In this document: positions 8,701-21,200 of the stretch, piece after piece
Numbering within the stretch: the first letter of the stretch is position 1
How the letters are laid out: each line of letters begins with the position of its first letter
Virus record (IMG/VR): IMGVR_UViG_3300025392_000232
Span: 31,129-95,128 of that record
Strand: one strand, 5' to 3'
Source of the DNA: a virus
Taxonomy: Duplodnaviria; Caudoviricetes
DNA: 64,000 bases
Translations under genes and position numbers: made by a program
Notes under the pieces: model-generated
Database searches by the model: none
The model's input: the letters and a program-made list of their open reading frames with translations, nothing else
What the model was told of the DNA's origin: nothing

Positions 8701-10176
8701 TTGGTTTACAATGATTTTCTGGAAAGTAGTGCCGACCATTGCTCCTACAGCTGGATCTTCTGCTAAACCACCTACCCACAGGTCGATGTTGTTTACATCT
8801 GTATAGGCAGTTTGAAGTGCAGTAACTACAGAACCGTCAGATGATATTTGCGCAAACGTTGTATAAGGTGTTAGGCCTAGTACTGTACGCATTTGATTTA
8901 AACTTGGTAAACCAAGATCACGACCGCGTTGTATATTTGTAGCGGCCAAATCCATTGCGGCAGGCGGATCATTCAACAAGTTTCGTAAATCATCGATAAT
9001 ATGTATGTCTAACTTGTTTGATGTATCGCTAGCTAGTTTACGTAAGAAACCATCAGCACCGCCATTACGTTCAAACTGTGCAGGTGTTAAGAAAAATGCC
9101 TGTGCAAGTGTTAAAGACTCGGTTATATTTCCTGCCTCGTCAACTCTGTCTTGTGCATCGGATACAATACTATGACCAAAACGCATAGCGGCAGCGGCAA
9201 ATTCTACAGTTATAGTTCCATCGACGCCAGGTTTAAATCCTGTGTATGCTGGAATATTATCTGCACCAACAACCTTTGGTAACCATTCTTTAAAAGTTAT
9301 ATTTTGAACTTCTGCAATGACAATACTACGAGCACGTTGATATAATTGCTCACCAGTCCAGTCTGGATGTAATGTTTTTAACTTGGCTACATGCCAGTTA
9401 TGTTCTCTAATGAATAATGTTTGTACCGATGTTAAGTCTGGATTTTCAGCACCACGCGGATCGCCAAAAATGAATTGTCCTGTTACCGGATCGATAGGAC
9501 CATACTGCCCGTTGCTAGTAGTTAATAATTTACCTGTAGTGGCAATCTGTCCACCTTCGCGCAAGTTAACTGGATTTTGAAAAGGTGTTGGCCCTTGTGG
9601 AACTCCCGGTGGATATGCAACTCCATACACCACACTAGCATCGATCCATCCGGTAACATCGTTCATAGGTAATGCAGGATGTTGTGCATCGGTTCCAGTA
9701 TTCGGTGCAACTGCACTTCTTGTAACCGGTATGTGACTACCGGGAGTTAGTTCAGTATCGCCTGCCGGAACTATAACATCAATATTACCTGTGCCAGATC
9801 TTGCAAACTCTAAGTCATGTGTTAAGAATTGGCCAAACGCATACATGAATCCACTGTAGCCGTTCGGGTCTGCTTGATTGCCATGAAAAACTGGATCTTT
9901 AACAACCAAGTTACTCACTGTTCTTGCATTAGGTAAATCAGAACGCATCTGATGTATACCATCAACATAGCTGTTTACACTTGCTCGAGCAAATGGAGCA
10001 CCTGCACTATTTCTTAAAGGTGCGGTAGGATGATGACCAGATCCGTCAAAACTTGGAGGAGGTACGCCGTTAAACGCCGCCGCACTTGCTAGCGGTAAAG
10101 GTATGTCTACTGGTAGTTCCTGGGGAAATGTTCCAAGTGAAATACCAGATTGCTGTGTCCAGACATTTAACGCCAT
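5782..10176 (-). CDS. Baseplate/virion protein with putative Ig-like repeats and an inserted animal-type heme peroxidase domain (about aa 42-540)
   Basis: Repeated (S)GxLPxGL...GxIxG Ig-like motifs; peroxidase motifs FGQFLTHD, GDPRGAE, LFIREHN, MRFGHS, NIQRGRD, IDLWVGGLAE, RDGD. Confidence 0.85.
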   Translation of the reverse strand: MALNVWTQQSGISLGTFPQELPVDIPLPLASAAAFNGVPPPSFDGSGHHPTAPLRNSAGAPFARASVNSYVDGIHQMRSDLPNARTVSNLVVKDPVFHGNQADPNGYSGFMYAFGQFLTHDLEFARSGTGNIDVIVPAGDTELTPGSHIPVTRSAVAPNTGTDAQHPALPMNDVTGWIDASVVYGVAYPPGVPQGPTPFQNPVNLREGGQIATTGKLLTTSNGQYGPIDPVTGQFIFGDPRGAENPDLTSVQTLFIREHNWHVAKLKTLHPDWTGEQLYQRARSIVIAEVQNITFKEWLPKVVGADNIPAYTGFKPGVDGTITVEFAAAAMRFGHSIVSDAQDRVDEAGNITESLTLAQAFFLTPAQFERNGGADGFLRKLASDTSNKLDIHIIDDLRNLLNDPPAAMDLAATNIQRGRDLGLPSLNQMRTVLGLTPYTTFAQISSDGSVVTALQTAYTDVNNIDLWVGGLAEDPAVGAMVGTTFQKIIVNQMLNVRDGDQQWFENLPWAPTDLAWLRSSTLSDIILRNTDTVHMQADAFVAVERADLLAGNVNSVTARTAGLYADTFNLGLQVISGELPPGLHLHGPRIQGNPYIVSNNTTYNFCIRANQGSSVSDRAFFITVSGQNFPNFVTGEGYLPIGPGQQLYVLDQTYVSYQIESFDLNTAVGQKLTYFIASEDGALPAGITLSPDGLLSGFIQPTVKITPKDGNGTYDDAYYDAVAFDFGKTPTDGYDSYQYDDVFFDFNRTQAPPTTLNVNYQFRVTLTDGVNYAQRIFKIFVVGTDQFRADNTSFNGVADGFSSDATYLRAPVWITNSHLGTFRANNYLTIPVALYDTLDVLFRLETTNEEVYAVTYQVNNTDNFTGLAFSGDLVANSTTVSNVSNANSLVVGQLVSGTNIASGTTIVAKTISTITLSKGALGTSYATTLLCGGNQVTVGNVKGTLAVGQYFTFDNYVDGATELIYEIVGVETLVNSRYRLTLNKVLQLPIPNGIPFYIGSLSQLPEGLSFDAGTGDVYGQLPYQPAVTTNYTFTITATRLGDNVKEYLNSSRTFTMSVVGDVDSVISWNTPGNLGTIPANYISTLSISATTTVPDAVMLYQLQSGRLPPGLTLNLDGEIIGTTRQYFDPATGNPGLTTFDGGRVTFDVNTTSIDRVFKFTVLARDQYNYSALTQEFSITVNTPNAVAYSNIITRPYLKSDQRDLWKSFINNSSIFPSTSIYRTNDPNFGLQSDLKMLVYAGIQTQSAAAYIGAMGLNHKKKRFQFGSIKKALAVDPISGATVYEVIYIQMIDPTESNGKRRPQKIVYTPGTESDTITVDNSVNYWTVDSANLTIDAPDSHRDLPQITVDSTGYEASNPNPDTYFPNSISNWQDRLNAVGITERNYLPLWMRSIPKGNKEQLGYILSVPLCFCKPGTADTILLNIKFSGFDFKALDYTVDRFIIDSVTGYLGDKYLVFKNDRITV

Positions 10177-10198
10177 TGCTCATGTCCTAAAAAGTTAA

Positions 10199-11728
10199 TT
10201 ACTGTAATCTGTACCATGTAGTGCCAGTAGCTCTATATACATAGGTAAATGTTGTTGGTGCAGTTACGCTTCCGGCAAATGTTCCTGATAATGTTGGGCC
10301 AGCAGTTAATGCCAATGTTACTGTGTTTGTATGTACAGCAAATTGACAAATTTGCCCATCAACTGGTGCCGACGGGAATGTCAATGTTGCAGTTAATGAT
10401 CCAGCAGTTACTAACAATATATTAGTACTACTAGTTGTACTTAATACATACGTTGTTGATGAACTTACAGTTATATAATTTGGAACACTAATTTTTAAAC
10501 CAGAATGTGTCAAACTTCCGCTAACCGACATACTACCATTGTGTGTTAATAATTGTGTATGATCGATAGTAGTAGCTAATGTAGATACACCTGAACTATT
10601 GGTTGTAGAAAATTTAATTTGTCCCGGAACAAATGTAGCACCTGGAGCGGTACTTGTAACAATTTGAATAATTGCCGCAGTTGCCGCAGTAGATCCGTTA
10701 TAATATCCGCGACCCACAAGACTCATTAATACATCTTGAGATTGTACAGCAGAAGGTGTTGCATAAGTTCCTCTTGCCTTATTAAAACTTATAGTTGGGC
10801 CGCTGGCATCTGAATAAAAATTGTCAAAACGCCCAACCGGTGCACCTGTACTAAGAGCAGTTTGTCTAACAATTAAACGTCCCGAACCACCCTCTGTTGT
10901 AGTACTTGGCCCAAAAAATATCTGTCCGTCATTACCAAAACGAGCCACTGGTTGGTCGTTACCTGCCGCATCGCCTATGAAAAACATCAAATTACCTGGC
11001 ACAATACCAGCTGTAGGAGTTCCTACTACTAGTGTATTAATATATGCAGAATTTTGGAAAGCAGAACCATCGTAACCTTGCCAAGTAAGACTATGAATAA
11101 CATCACCAGTAGCTAGTGCTGTTGGAGTTATGTTAGTGCCTCTGCCTTTTCTGAACAATATACTATTTGCACCGCTAGCAACGTTGTTATAACTATCTAA
11201 TATAACTACACCACGACCAGAGTTGTTAGCAGTGACCTGTATGGTACCGTTGATATTTTGTAATAAGTTTGTAGTTTCATTCCAAGTAATATTTGCACTT
11301 GCACTTAAGGCAGTTCCGTTCGCCGCATAATAGGCCAAACTGTTTGTTGTACCTGAATTGATTACCGAGCTACTAACTGGAACAGATGCTGTAATTCTAT
11401 TATTAGCATCATCATATGTAAATGTAATATTAGTATTATAAGCGTTACCCGCAACAAATGCCGCTGCCACTGCATCCTGAGCACGTTCTGTTGTAAAGTA
11501 CAAGTTAGTTGGACTACCACTTGCTTCTGCAATGTTATCAGCAGTAAGTACAACCGCACCAGTTTGTGTGTTTACTGAGCTAACAAGGCTAACAGGATTA
11601 CCACCAGCAGTGGTACCGTCACCTATATAAACTTTTTTAGTATCGGTAGTATAAATTATTTCGCCAACACCCGGTGTTATTGCTGTTCTAGCTGTACCGT
11701 CTAAACCTCTTCTTAATTGTAATGCCAT
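10199..11728 (-). CDS. Tail fibre protein with an Mtd-N-like N-terminus
   Basis: LQLRRG...GEIIYTTDTKKVYIGDG; VSSVNTQTGAVVL; duplicated F.K.RGT..TP module. Confidence 0.75.
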   Translation of the reverse strand: MALQLRRGLDGTARTAITPGVGEIIYTTDTKKVYIGDGTTAGGNPVSLVSSVNTQTGAVVLTADNIAEASGSPTNLYFTTERAQDAVAAAFVAGNAYNTNITFTYDDANNRITASVPVSSSVINSGTTNSLAYYAANGTALSASANITWNETTNLLQNINGTIQVTANNSGRGVVILDSYNNVASGANSILFRKGRGTNITPTALATGDVIHSLTWQGYDGSAFQNSAYINTLVVGTPTAGIVPGNLMFFIGDAAGNDQPVARFGNDGQIFFGPSTTTEGGSGRLIVRQTALSTGAPVGRFDNFYSDASGPTISFNKARGTYATPSAVQSQDVLMSLVGRGYYNGSTAATAAIIQIVTSTAPGATFVPGQIKFSTTNSSGVSTLATTIDHTQLLTHNGSMSVSGSLTHSGLKISVPNYITVSSSTTYVLSTTSSTNILLVTAGSLTATLTFPSAPVDGQICQFAVHTNTVTLALTAGPTLSGTFAGSVTAPTTFTYVYRATGTTWYRLQ

Positions 11729-11743
11729 TATATTTCTCCTACC

Positions 11744-12214
11744 TTAAAAGGTACCTAAGTCGAATCCGTTTGCGGCAGGATTTGAAAATGTTCCCTGGTC
11801 GCCAAATGTTGTAGCCAGTAACGTGTTTAACTGGTTTTGTAATGCTCGCATATCTATGCCCCATACTGTAGCTTGTACATCTCCAGTACCAGTTATATTA
11901 TGACTGTTTAAATTTAAATTGCTACCCAGTGTTGCATTAGTATCTGACGATAATGTATATCCAGCAATATTAACCGATGTTGCCGTTGAAGTAACAGTTA
12001 TACCATTACTACCGGTAATTGATTTAAATTGCAATATACCTGCTGTATCTGCTACAAAAACACCCTGCCCACTACCTAAGTTAGTACCATTTATGTTGGT
12101 AATTTGACTATACAAATCTGTAAAATTTGAATTAGTTTTAGTAAATGCGGTACGGAGATCGTCCCCTGTACCGTCATTTGCATAGCTACCTAGGTTAATT
12201 GTTAGTTGAGTCAT
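11744..12214 (-). CDS. Baseplate/fibre connector protein (gp9/gp10-like N-terminus)
   Basis: INLGSYANDGTGDDLRTAFTKTNSNF. Confidence 0.7.
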   Translation of the reverse strand: MTQLTINLGSYANDGTGDDLRTAFTKTNSNFTDLYSQITNINGTNLGSGQGVFVADTAGILQFKSITGSNGITVTSTATSVNIAGYTLSSDTNATLGSNLNLNSHNITGTGDVQATVWGIDMRALQNQLNTLLATTFGDQGTFSNPAANGFDLGTF

Positions 12215-12250
12215 TTTATCGTGTTCCTATTAGTATTTACCAACTTTTCG

Positions 12251-15200
12251 TTACGCTCTTCCAACAGCTACTTGAATTATGCCAGCTTCGCCGTAGTCCT
12301 TGTCTTCTAGGGCTTTTCCAACAATACTGCCCAATGTTGGAGTTAATGCTTTAACAGCATAGCCAGGAGTGGCACTAGTTGTCAACATATCGCCTTTCTT
12401 AACACGACCGACAACCTTACAACTTACTCGTCCTGCAAGTGCAATCAAGTTCTTCTCGCCTGGACATGCATCATACATGATGTAAGCCGCATTGTCAGAA
12501 ACAATACCAGCTAGTCTTGTATCATTCATTGTGTCAGTAGTAGTAACTTCTTTATCACCGCCAAACACTAAGACAGTACCAATTTCATAAGTCTTGTCGC
12601 CTTCATAGTATTCTGCTAAGTCAGCGGCATAGGTAGCTGTAATAGTTGCATTAGTACCCAAACTCCAAGCTCCGTTGATTGTGCCAGAACCGTAAGTTCC
12701 AGGACCGTTACCATTTAATGTAGCAGTGTTAACTGCACCACTAAAGTGTCCAGAGCCGTCGTCTGAGTTTAAGAATATACTAGCAGTACCGTTAGATGCC
12801 ACATACAATCCCCACTTGCTATTAGAAACACCACCAGGATTTTTAATAGCACCGCCTGCTCCGCTATATCCAAAACCAACACCGTACATAGTACCTAGGT
12901 CAGTGCTACCTGGAGCATAAGTTCCACCAATGCTATAAATTACACCTGAAGTACTTGTAGTTTCTACACTAGGATAGTTACCGTCTAAGTAACCTAGGCC
13001 TGCGGCAGTGCGGCGTATCTTACCGTTATGCGACCAGTTACCAGTTATAGTACCAGCGGTAGTTGCACTACCCGATGTAATGTTAGTAGTTTGTAGTGTA
13101 CCGTTGTTGAAACTGAATACAGCATTTGCACCTAATGCCCATGAACCATATAACGAACCAACAATACTTGTATCTGTAGTAGTAGCACCAGACTGAATAC
13201 TGACACTTTGTATAGTTGCATTTAACAATCCATTAACAGTTGTAGTTGCACTACCAGCCACATCAACTGTTGACAAGAAATTAAATGCACCTGGTGTATA
13301 GAAGTTTAATGTACTACCAGTAGAATCAATGGTCTTACTACCATTAACTTTTAATTGCGTTGTAGTAATTTCACCGTTGGTACCAGTTTTAACAATCTTA
13401 CTTCCAGAGCCAGTTGTTGTAATTCCTAATAATCCATAAGTGTTGTTGCTAGTATTACTATTGTCGTATTTTGCTAACATGACACTAGCCGCCGCATCGG
13501 TAGTTACGCTATTGGCAGCTCCAAACAAAACGTTCTTTATACCGTCACCATCTGTAACTACGTTAGCTGGAGTAATTAACGATGGCACTGCTGGAACACC
13601 GCTACGGTTACCTAACAAGTAACCAGTGGCCATTTGACGTAGTTTACTTAATGCAATACCGGTAGTTGAGCTAGTAGAGTCTAATAAATCTACCCAACCT
13701 GTTCCACTTACGTTAAACACATTATTGTTGAATACACTTAGACCCAAGTCTGCCTGTACAATAGCACCTGCTAGACCTGAACCGCTGGTGTTAGTTGCTA
13801 ATCCTTTAGCAACGTTCATTGCTAACTTGCTTTGAACAATAGCCGCACTGGCATTAACCATGCTGTCAACAATCACACTTCCTTGAATTGTAGTTACTAG
13901 TGTACCTGGAGTACCGTGTGTAAATGTGAATCCAATATGTGATCCAGCTGGACTACCTGTAGGAGCACTAGATGCAGGAGGAGCAATATTGGTCCACTGA
14001 CTTAGTGTGCTATCGTATAATAAGAAGTTTCCGTTAGCGTAGCTTGTGAATACAAGTGTGCCGCTAGCACCAGTTAAGTTTCCACTGAGTGTAACTGTAC
14101 CACTTGCACCTGCTGGGAATAATCCTGATGTAAGACTAACTGACAACACAGTTTGTCCGCCAGTATACCCAGACCCTGATTGTAGAACCATACCAGGAAC
14201 AATAGTTCCATATACACTACTCAAACTCAATGTATATACAGTAGGTAATCCGCCACTTGCGGCAAATCCTACGTATGTTCCAGTAGCTTTAACAGCAACA
14301 TCGCCTAATTTGTAAAGATTGTTTAGTCCTGTTGAACTCGCATCTACATAGCCTCTATTTACAGCATCGTATTGTGTAATACTACTGTTAGGCATGAACA
14401 AGTTACCAATAGTGTAACCTGCCATGTTCAAGTTACCCTTCATGGCTAATGCACCGTTTAATGCTAGGTAACCTGGCCCAATTAAGTTAGTATTAGCAAC
14501 TGGAGTACCACCATAGTCTAGACCCAATCTGTAATCAACAAAGCTACGAATAGCACTTTGGGTTGGCACAGTATCTGGTGCGTTCTGTGTCATATTTGCA
14601 TCTGTTGAGAATTCAGATACAACCACACCGCGTTTGAATCCTAGACCGTCTAAGTTACTTAACGCAATACTAGCGGAGAATGTAACTGTACCTGTACCTT
14701 GGTCAACTTTAAAGAAACGTCCTACACGGAAAATACCGTTTTGGTCTGTTGATACGTGGAATACACGACCTACTGTTTCTTCTACAACGTCATTACTATC
14801 ATTACTTGCAATAGCCGCATTACCATAAATTTGGTTTGGATAGTTTGTAGTAATGAAACCACCAGTACCAATATCTAAAAAGTCATGTCCTGTAGCACGA
14901 CAAGTACTAATACGAATAGTAATTTGTCCAGTTTGTGTCGCTGGATAACCCATACGCAATGTTGTACTTTGACTTGCATTAAATGGACGACTAATACCTA
15001 AACTACTACTTGATGCACTAGTTACTTCTTTTGCAACTACAGTGGTAGCCGCCGCACCTGCTGTACCTGGACTAAACGGATAGATTAAAGTAAGTGTTGT
15101 ACTTGATGCAGTCGAATTAGCAGTTAACCAGTAACCGTTATACAATGAGTTTGTATTACCAGTTACACGATAATATGTTCCAGCAGTAATACTTGTGCTA

Positions 15201-18200
15201 GGAATTGTAAACGATACGTTGTAGTAATTGGTATAAGTTGTACCATTGATAGTTTGTGTTGCTGTCAATGTTGGAGTACCAATGGCACTTGGAGTAATAT
15301 CCTGATTAATACCACCATAACTTGGTGAGTAGAACGTTGTAGTTGCACTACTACTTGAAGTAATAGTTGTTAACGCACTACCGCCTTTAGTATTAGCAAT
15401 AGTAATGTTATTACCAGATAAACTAACAATATAGAACGTTGGGTTAGCAGTACCAACACCTGAACCTATACCAGTTGCTTTAAAAGTTGTACCTATGTTG
15501 TTATTAGCCGCACCAATTGCAGTAAAATCTGTATAGTTTGTAGTACTACCGGATGCATTAATACCGGCACCGCTCACGATTGTATAGGAGTTACCAATTA
15601 CAAACGATCCAGCAGTCACAGCCGCAGTTGGAATCCCACCAAACGCTGTTCCACCAAATATAATCTTATTACCAATACTTACATTAGTTACTGAACTCAA
15701 TGTAATAGTACTTGGACTTGTAGTTGTAGTAGCATTACCACTTGTACCTGGGTCTGTTGGATACAACAAACTCATATTGATTGTGTTTGTACTTGCAGTA
15801 GTTGTAGTTACAACTTGTGGATTAGATGTTAATACTGCTGTCAATACACCGGTACCTGGTGTACTCCATGTCATTTGACTTCCGCTACCATCAGTTAACA
15901 CAAATACAGGAGTTAGAAGATTAGATCCACTTACTGTAATCTTATTACCAATAATACTTGCAATATAGTAGTTGGTTAATGTTTGTAAATTACCAAATGT
16001 TGTTCCGCTAAATGTAATTACGGCACCAGTTTGTAGATTAGCAGTAGAATTTAATGTGATTAAATTAGTACCGCTAGTTGTAGTCGATGCAGTTCCTGAA
16101 TTACCGCTTAGTGTAATTGTCGGAATACTAGTATATCCAGATCCAGGACTTACACGAGTAACAGAACTAATACTACCAAAGGAATCAATTGTACAAGTTG
16201 CAAGTGCATGACTTGTACTATTGTCTGCTAGGCCACCACCTGAGAACTTGATAGTCGGTGCTTTAACATATCCGCTACCTGCATTAGTAATTGTGATACT
16301 GGCTACAGTTGCTACTAGTATCGCAGTAATACTTGTGCTAGGTTGTACCCATACACCTGGACTCACTGTAAACTGAGTACTGCTATCAACACTCTGTACA
16401 ATAGTTGAACCACTAGGTGTTGTAGCGGCACCTTCGACGAATGCACCACTAGCACTAGTTGTTATAACCATACCAACTTTAATATTAGTAGTATCTGCTA
16501 CAGTAAGCTGACTTGTATTAGTTATTGCTGTAACTAGATAATTACCGTTATAGTTAGTATTGGCATTACCTGTAACACTCAGATAACTATCAACTGGAGG
16601 GTATGCATATATTGTGTTGAATGGAATCTGGTAAGTAACAACTTTACTTGTAGTACTACCAGTTGCTAGTGCATCACTGATATAGGTCATACTGTTAATA
16701 CCAGTACCATAAGCACCAATATTAGCTACTGGGTTACTATCTATTTGTAGATATCCGTTTACACTAAATCCACCAAATGTAATCGAACCACTTGGAGTTC
16801 CAGTAGCCGGTGTATCAAGAATAACTACTGCTTGTGTATTTGTAGTTCCAGGGATAACACTAGTTGTATAAGATACAACTTTTTGTGTTCCATTAAAACC
16901 AGTACCAGTTATAATTTGTCCTGCACTTATTGTACCTGAAAAGTTTTGTACTGTTAAAGTATATGTAGTACTTACTGCGGTGTAAGCACTATATAAACCA
17001 GTACCAACGCTAGTAGGTTGTACATAGCTGACAACACGATGTGTTCTGCCATTCCAAGCAAACAAGTAAGTACCAGTATTCATCTGACTGATTGTTGCGG
17101 CATCGCTAATCTGTAATACTGCAATCTTGTTATCGCCTATATTACCACCTTGTGTGCTAGTTGAGAAGTATACCGATCCTACTGCGGAAATAGCAGGAGT
17201 TCCTGACAATGTTATTACAGTATTAGCACCTGACACACTGGTACTTACAACTTTGATATTTTGGAATCCATATCCGCCAACATATTGTCCTGTGGCAATA
17301 CTACCGACAATAGATGAAGTTATCACATACAATGTTGTTCCACCACTTGTTGGAGTCAATGCTACATTAGCAGTTGCCACAGTTACAGTTGGATCAGCAT
17401 TAAACATGTTGCTGGTATCAACAACAAACTTGTAGTAGACAAACGAGCTGTCAAACTGTAACAAACTTTGGTTTGCCGGTAATTGTTCACCAGTGGACTG
17501 TACCAAGTTATACGCAATAATACGATAAATGGTAGCCAAGTTGTTTGTGTACTGCAATGCGGTACTTGGACGAACTGGTTTTACGTTATCAATGTTATAG
17601 AACAAGATATTTTGTAGTACACGCATTGTAATAACTTGTCCGTCATACAATGGATAAGCCAATCCGCCAGTTGCAGTATTTTCTGTACCAGCAGTACTCA
17701 ATGTTAGTTGTAATACGTTTTGTCCGTTAACTGTTACACTAGTATGTGTGACTGTACTGATCAAGTATCTAGTAATGCCACCACCAGCTAAGGTGTGGTC
17801 AATTTCCAATTCAGTTGTACCAGGTGGAATGTATTCCCAACCAATAGCATAAACACTCAACGCTGCCTGTGTAGCAGTAGGAGTCATTGTAGCTGTGAAC
17901 GCACCTTGCTTATAGACACGAGCACTTTGCATCATGTTATAAGATAAGTTTACACTATCTGGTTGTTCGGTAACGTCACTACCAGTACCACGTAGACCAT
18001 ATACACCGTTGGCATTAGAACCAGCTACCGAACGAATCTGGCCACCATTCAATGCCCAGTAGGCAGTATAGCAGTAGTAGGTAAATGTTGAAACTTGTTC
18101 AGTTAAACCAGCGTTGGTACACAAAATACCATAACCTAAGTCGTTGATCTGTGTATAATCGTTGGCCAACATGGACTTGTTACCGCCCATTTCCATATTA

Positions 18201-21200
18201 ATACTAATTCCAGCACCGTTGTTAACGTATGTAATTGTATTAGATGTTAATGTTGTCTTGGCAGTTACGATGTTGTTATAATCTGTAACCAGTGCGGAAG
18301 TTTGCCCATTAATCATTGATGTTAATGGAGCAGTTCTAGTGCTAGTATCAAATTTGCCATCGGCAACATAGTCTGTAAATATAGCGCATAGTGTAGCTAG
18401 TGTAGTGGCTTCTGCGCTAGTACCTGCTGTGCCTGTAGTATTTTGTGTAAGCACATTACCAGCACTCTTGGTCACAGCAGTCTTTTGAACTATCTGTCCA
18501 ACAATAGTACTTAGGTAACCAATTGCGGCACCATTCAACAATATAAGATTGCTATTGTATATCCATTGAGCAACGTCATAGCTAGCAGTTGTACCAGTAT
18601 ATAACATGTCATATGTCAATGCGTCAATTGCAAATCCAATATTATTGCTCATTGTTACTGCGCTGTAACTACTGTAACTTGCTACGTTGTAGTTAGCGGC
18701 AAGTCTTGCTACAATTTCTGCTTGTATAAATGCACGGTTAGCTTGTAATAATGTTTTTGCATTTGTTACATTTGCAGTAGCGTTTGTTGGATTAGGGAAT
18801 GTTAGTGTAGGAATACCTGCACTTGTATTACCATAGATACCGTTGACAATAATGTTGTTAACAATATTAACACTACTTGCTGCCGAACTAATGCCAGCCG
18901 CATCAACTGTTCCAAGAGTAGCAATTTGAGTTGCTATATAACTGAACGCTTGTGTTACTAGTGTTTGTGGTACACCGACTACGGCATTTTGTGGTTGCAA
19001 GAATACAATACCATACTTGACACTTTGGTAATTAGAACCAAATACCAAGTCAAGATTGACAGCATCAATTAAACTAGGTGCTGTTACACTAGCACTATTT
19101 ACTGTAATAGTTCCGCCTGACAGGTTTGTAGTTAAAATGCTGTTGCCATAACTTGCACTTGGATAAAATGGTGTAGCGGTATCTAAACCAAGTACGGCAG
19201 TATATGTTCCACTGTTATAACTTAGTACATTATTAATCTGATAACGTGCTCCTGATACATAGAACGCACAAGGTGTTTGTGGTGGGCGAACATCCAATCC
19301 ACTGTTCAAGTAACCAGTAACTGTGATAGTTTGACCAAGGCTGGCAATACTAGTAATAGTTCCTTTTAATCGTCCTGCAAATCCGTCAATGAACTGTCCA
19401 CCAGCAAAACGCTGACGGTTAGTACTTCCGGAGAAGCTAGCAGATTCTTGTGCGTACGGTGATTTAGTTTTGATCTGACCTGTTGGGTCAAGCACCATCA
19501 TGAAACCGCCGTGTCCTTGACAGCTGACTAACTTAATACGAGTTGCATCGTTACACAAGAATACGTCCATCAACTTGTTATTCTTTGGAGTACTTGTAAC
19601 ATCTAATGGATTAGTCAAGTAGTGACGTCCGTAGTTAAATGTGCCATAGATATGCCAGTTGCCAACTGTATAAGTTGCCACTGTTGCAAATGGATAGATA
19701 ACAGTACAACTCATTGTGTTGCCGCTAACAGTATTAATAACAGCCTTACCAGCAGTTCCTGTTTCGCTAGTTGCATCAACAATGATCTTACCAATCCAAT
19801 ATGGACTTGCTTGTCCAGATCCTAGAGTAGCAGTAATTGTTCCAGTTGTTCCATTGATAGATAATGTTGTTCCTGTAATGGCGGCAAAGTCAGAACTAAA
19901 ATCAATCAAACCCAGTTGCAAACCGTCAATGACTGCATCGCGATAGAAGAATGTTGTTCTCCATGGAGATTGTGAAACACGATCTAATGGACGAATAATT
20001 GTACGACGGAAGTCGTCACCGAAGATAGAAACGTTAGCTGGTAATTTGATTGGATAATCTTCGTAGTAAGTTCCTGACTCGACAAAGATTTTAATGTTCA
20101 AGTCTGCTACAGTTTCACCAAAGTCTAGCTTTTCACCAAATGTCGCATTGCTGTTAGTTAAATTACTTAGTAATGCTTTGTTCAACGTTACAGTATTGCC
20201 ACTCACCCCAGTTACAAATGTTCCAGTAGCAATTCCACCACCAGTTACACCCATGCCAACTGTAATGGTACTAATGCTATTAAATGGAATTGTATAAGTA
20301 GTTGATGATGCTGTGAGTGTATACTGTCCAATTGTTCCGGTAACAGTAGTTGGGACTACATTAAAGAATCCAGGGCGAGTCATGTTGACAGTAATTGTGT
20401 CGTAGTTTGTACTTACACCTGCGGTGTAACTTATAATTTGTCCATACGCACTACTGTTAACACCTACTAATACCTTACCAGGAATAATATGATTACTACC
20501 AGCTTGTCCTTGGTCAACAGATCCGTTACCACCGTTAGCAAATGTAATAGTGTAATAGCCAGTACCAAAACTTGGTGCAGGAGCCGCACCAATACCGTTG
20601 GCAATAATACTAACAATAGTATTCATGTTGGCATTGAACTCTGTAATTGGTGTAGCAGTAAATGTTAGTGTAGCACCATTACCAGGTGTGCCAGCTGGTG
20701 CCGCACTAATAGTAACCAAAGTTGGGCTTAGTATATTTGTAATTGTTACAGATGTAGTATTGGTAAATCCACTACCTGAAATAGTCATTCCTGGTACTAG
20801 TGTGCCAGTAACATTTGATAATGTTAATGTGGTTGTTGTATTACTTACAAATGCCGCAGTAGCAGTATTAGTTCCTACTGTGGCATTATAGGTTGTTCCA
20901 AGTGTAGCATTGGTCTGTTGTGTTACTAGTGTTTGATAACGTGTTTGTGTAACTTGATTCAAGCATTGAGTAGCCAATTGTTGTGCAAACTGTATGCCGT
21001 CAACTGTTTCTGAATATTGTGTACCAATAGCAATAGCCTTGGCTGACACGTTTTTGTAATAACTCTTACCAGCAGTGATACTTTGATATGTACCATCTGT
21101 TAATAAGTCTATGATCATCCCATCGATGATATAGCCTATATCTCGTGAACATGTAGCTTGATTATAACTAAATCCGCCTGCAAATGTAGTTGATAGATAA

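Noticed and set aside
10199-11728. Diversity-generating retroelement target, suggested by the Mtd-like N-terminus
   Set aside because: No reverse transcriptase or TR/VR repeat pair seen in the window
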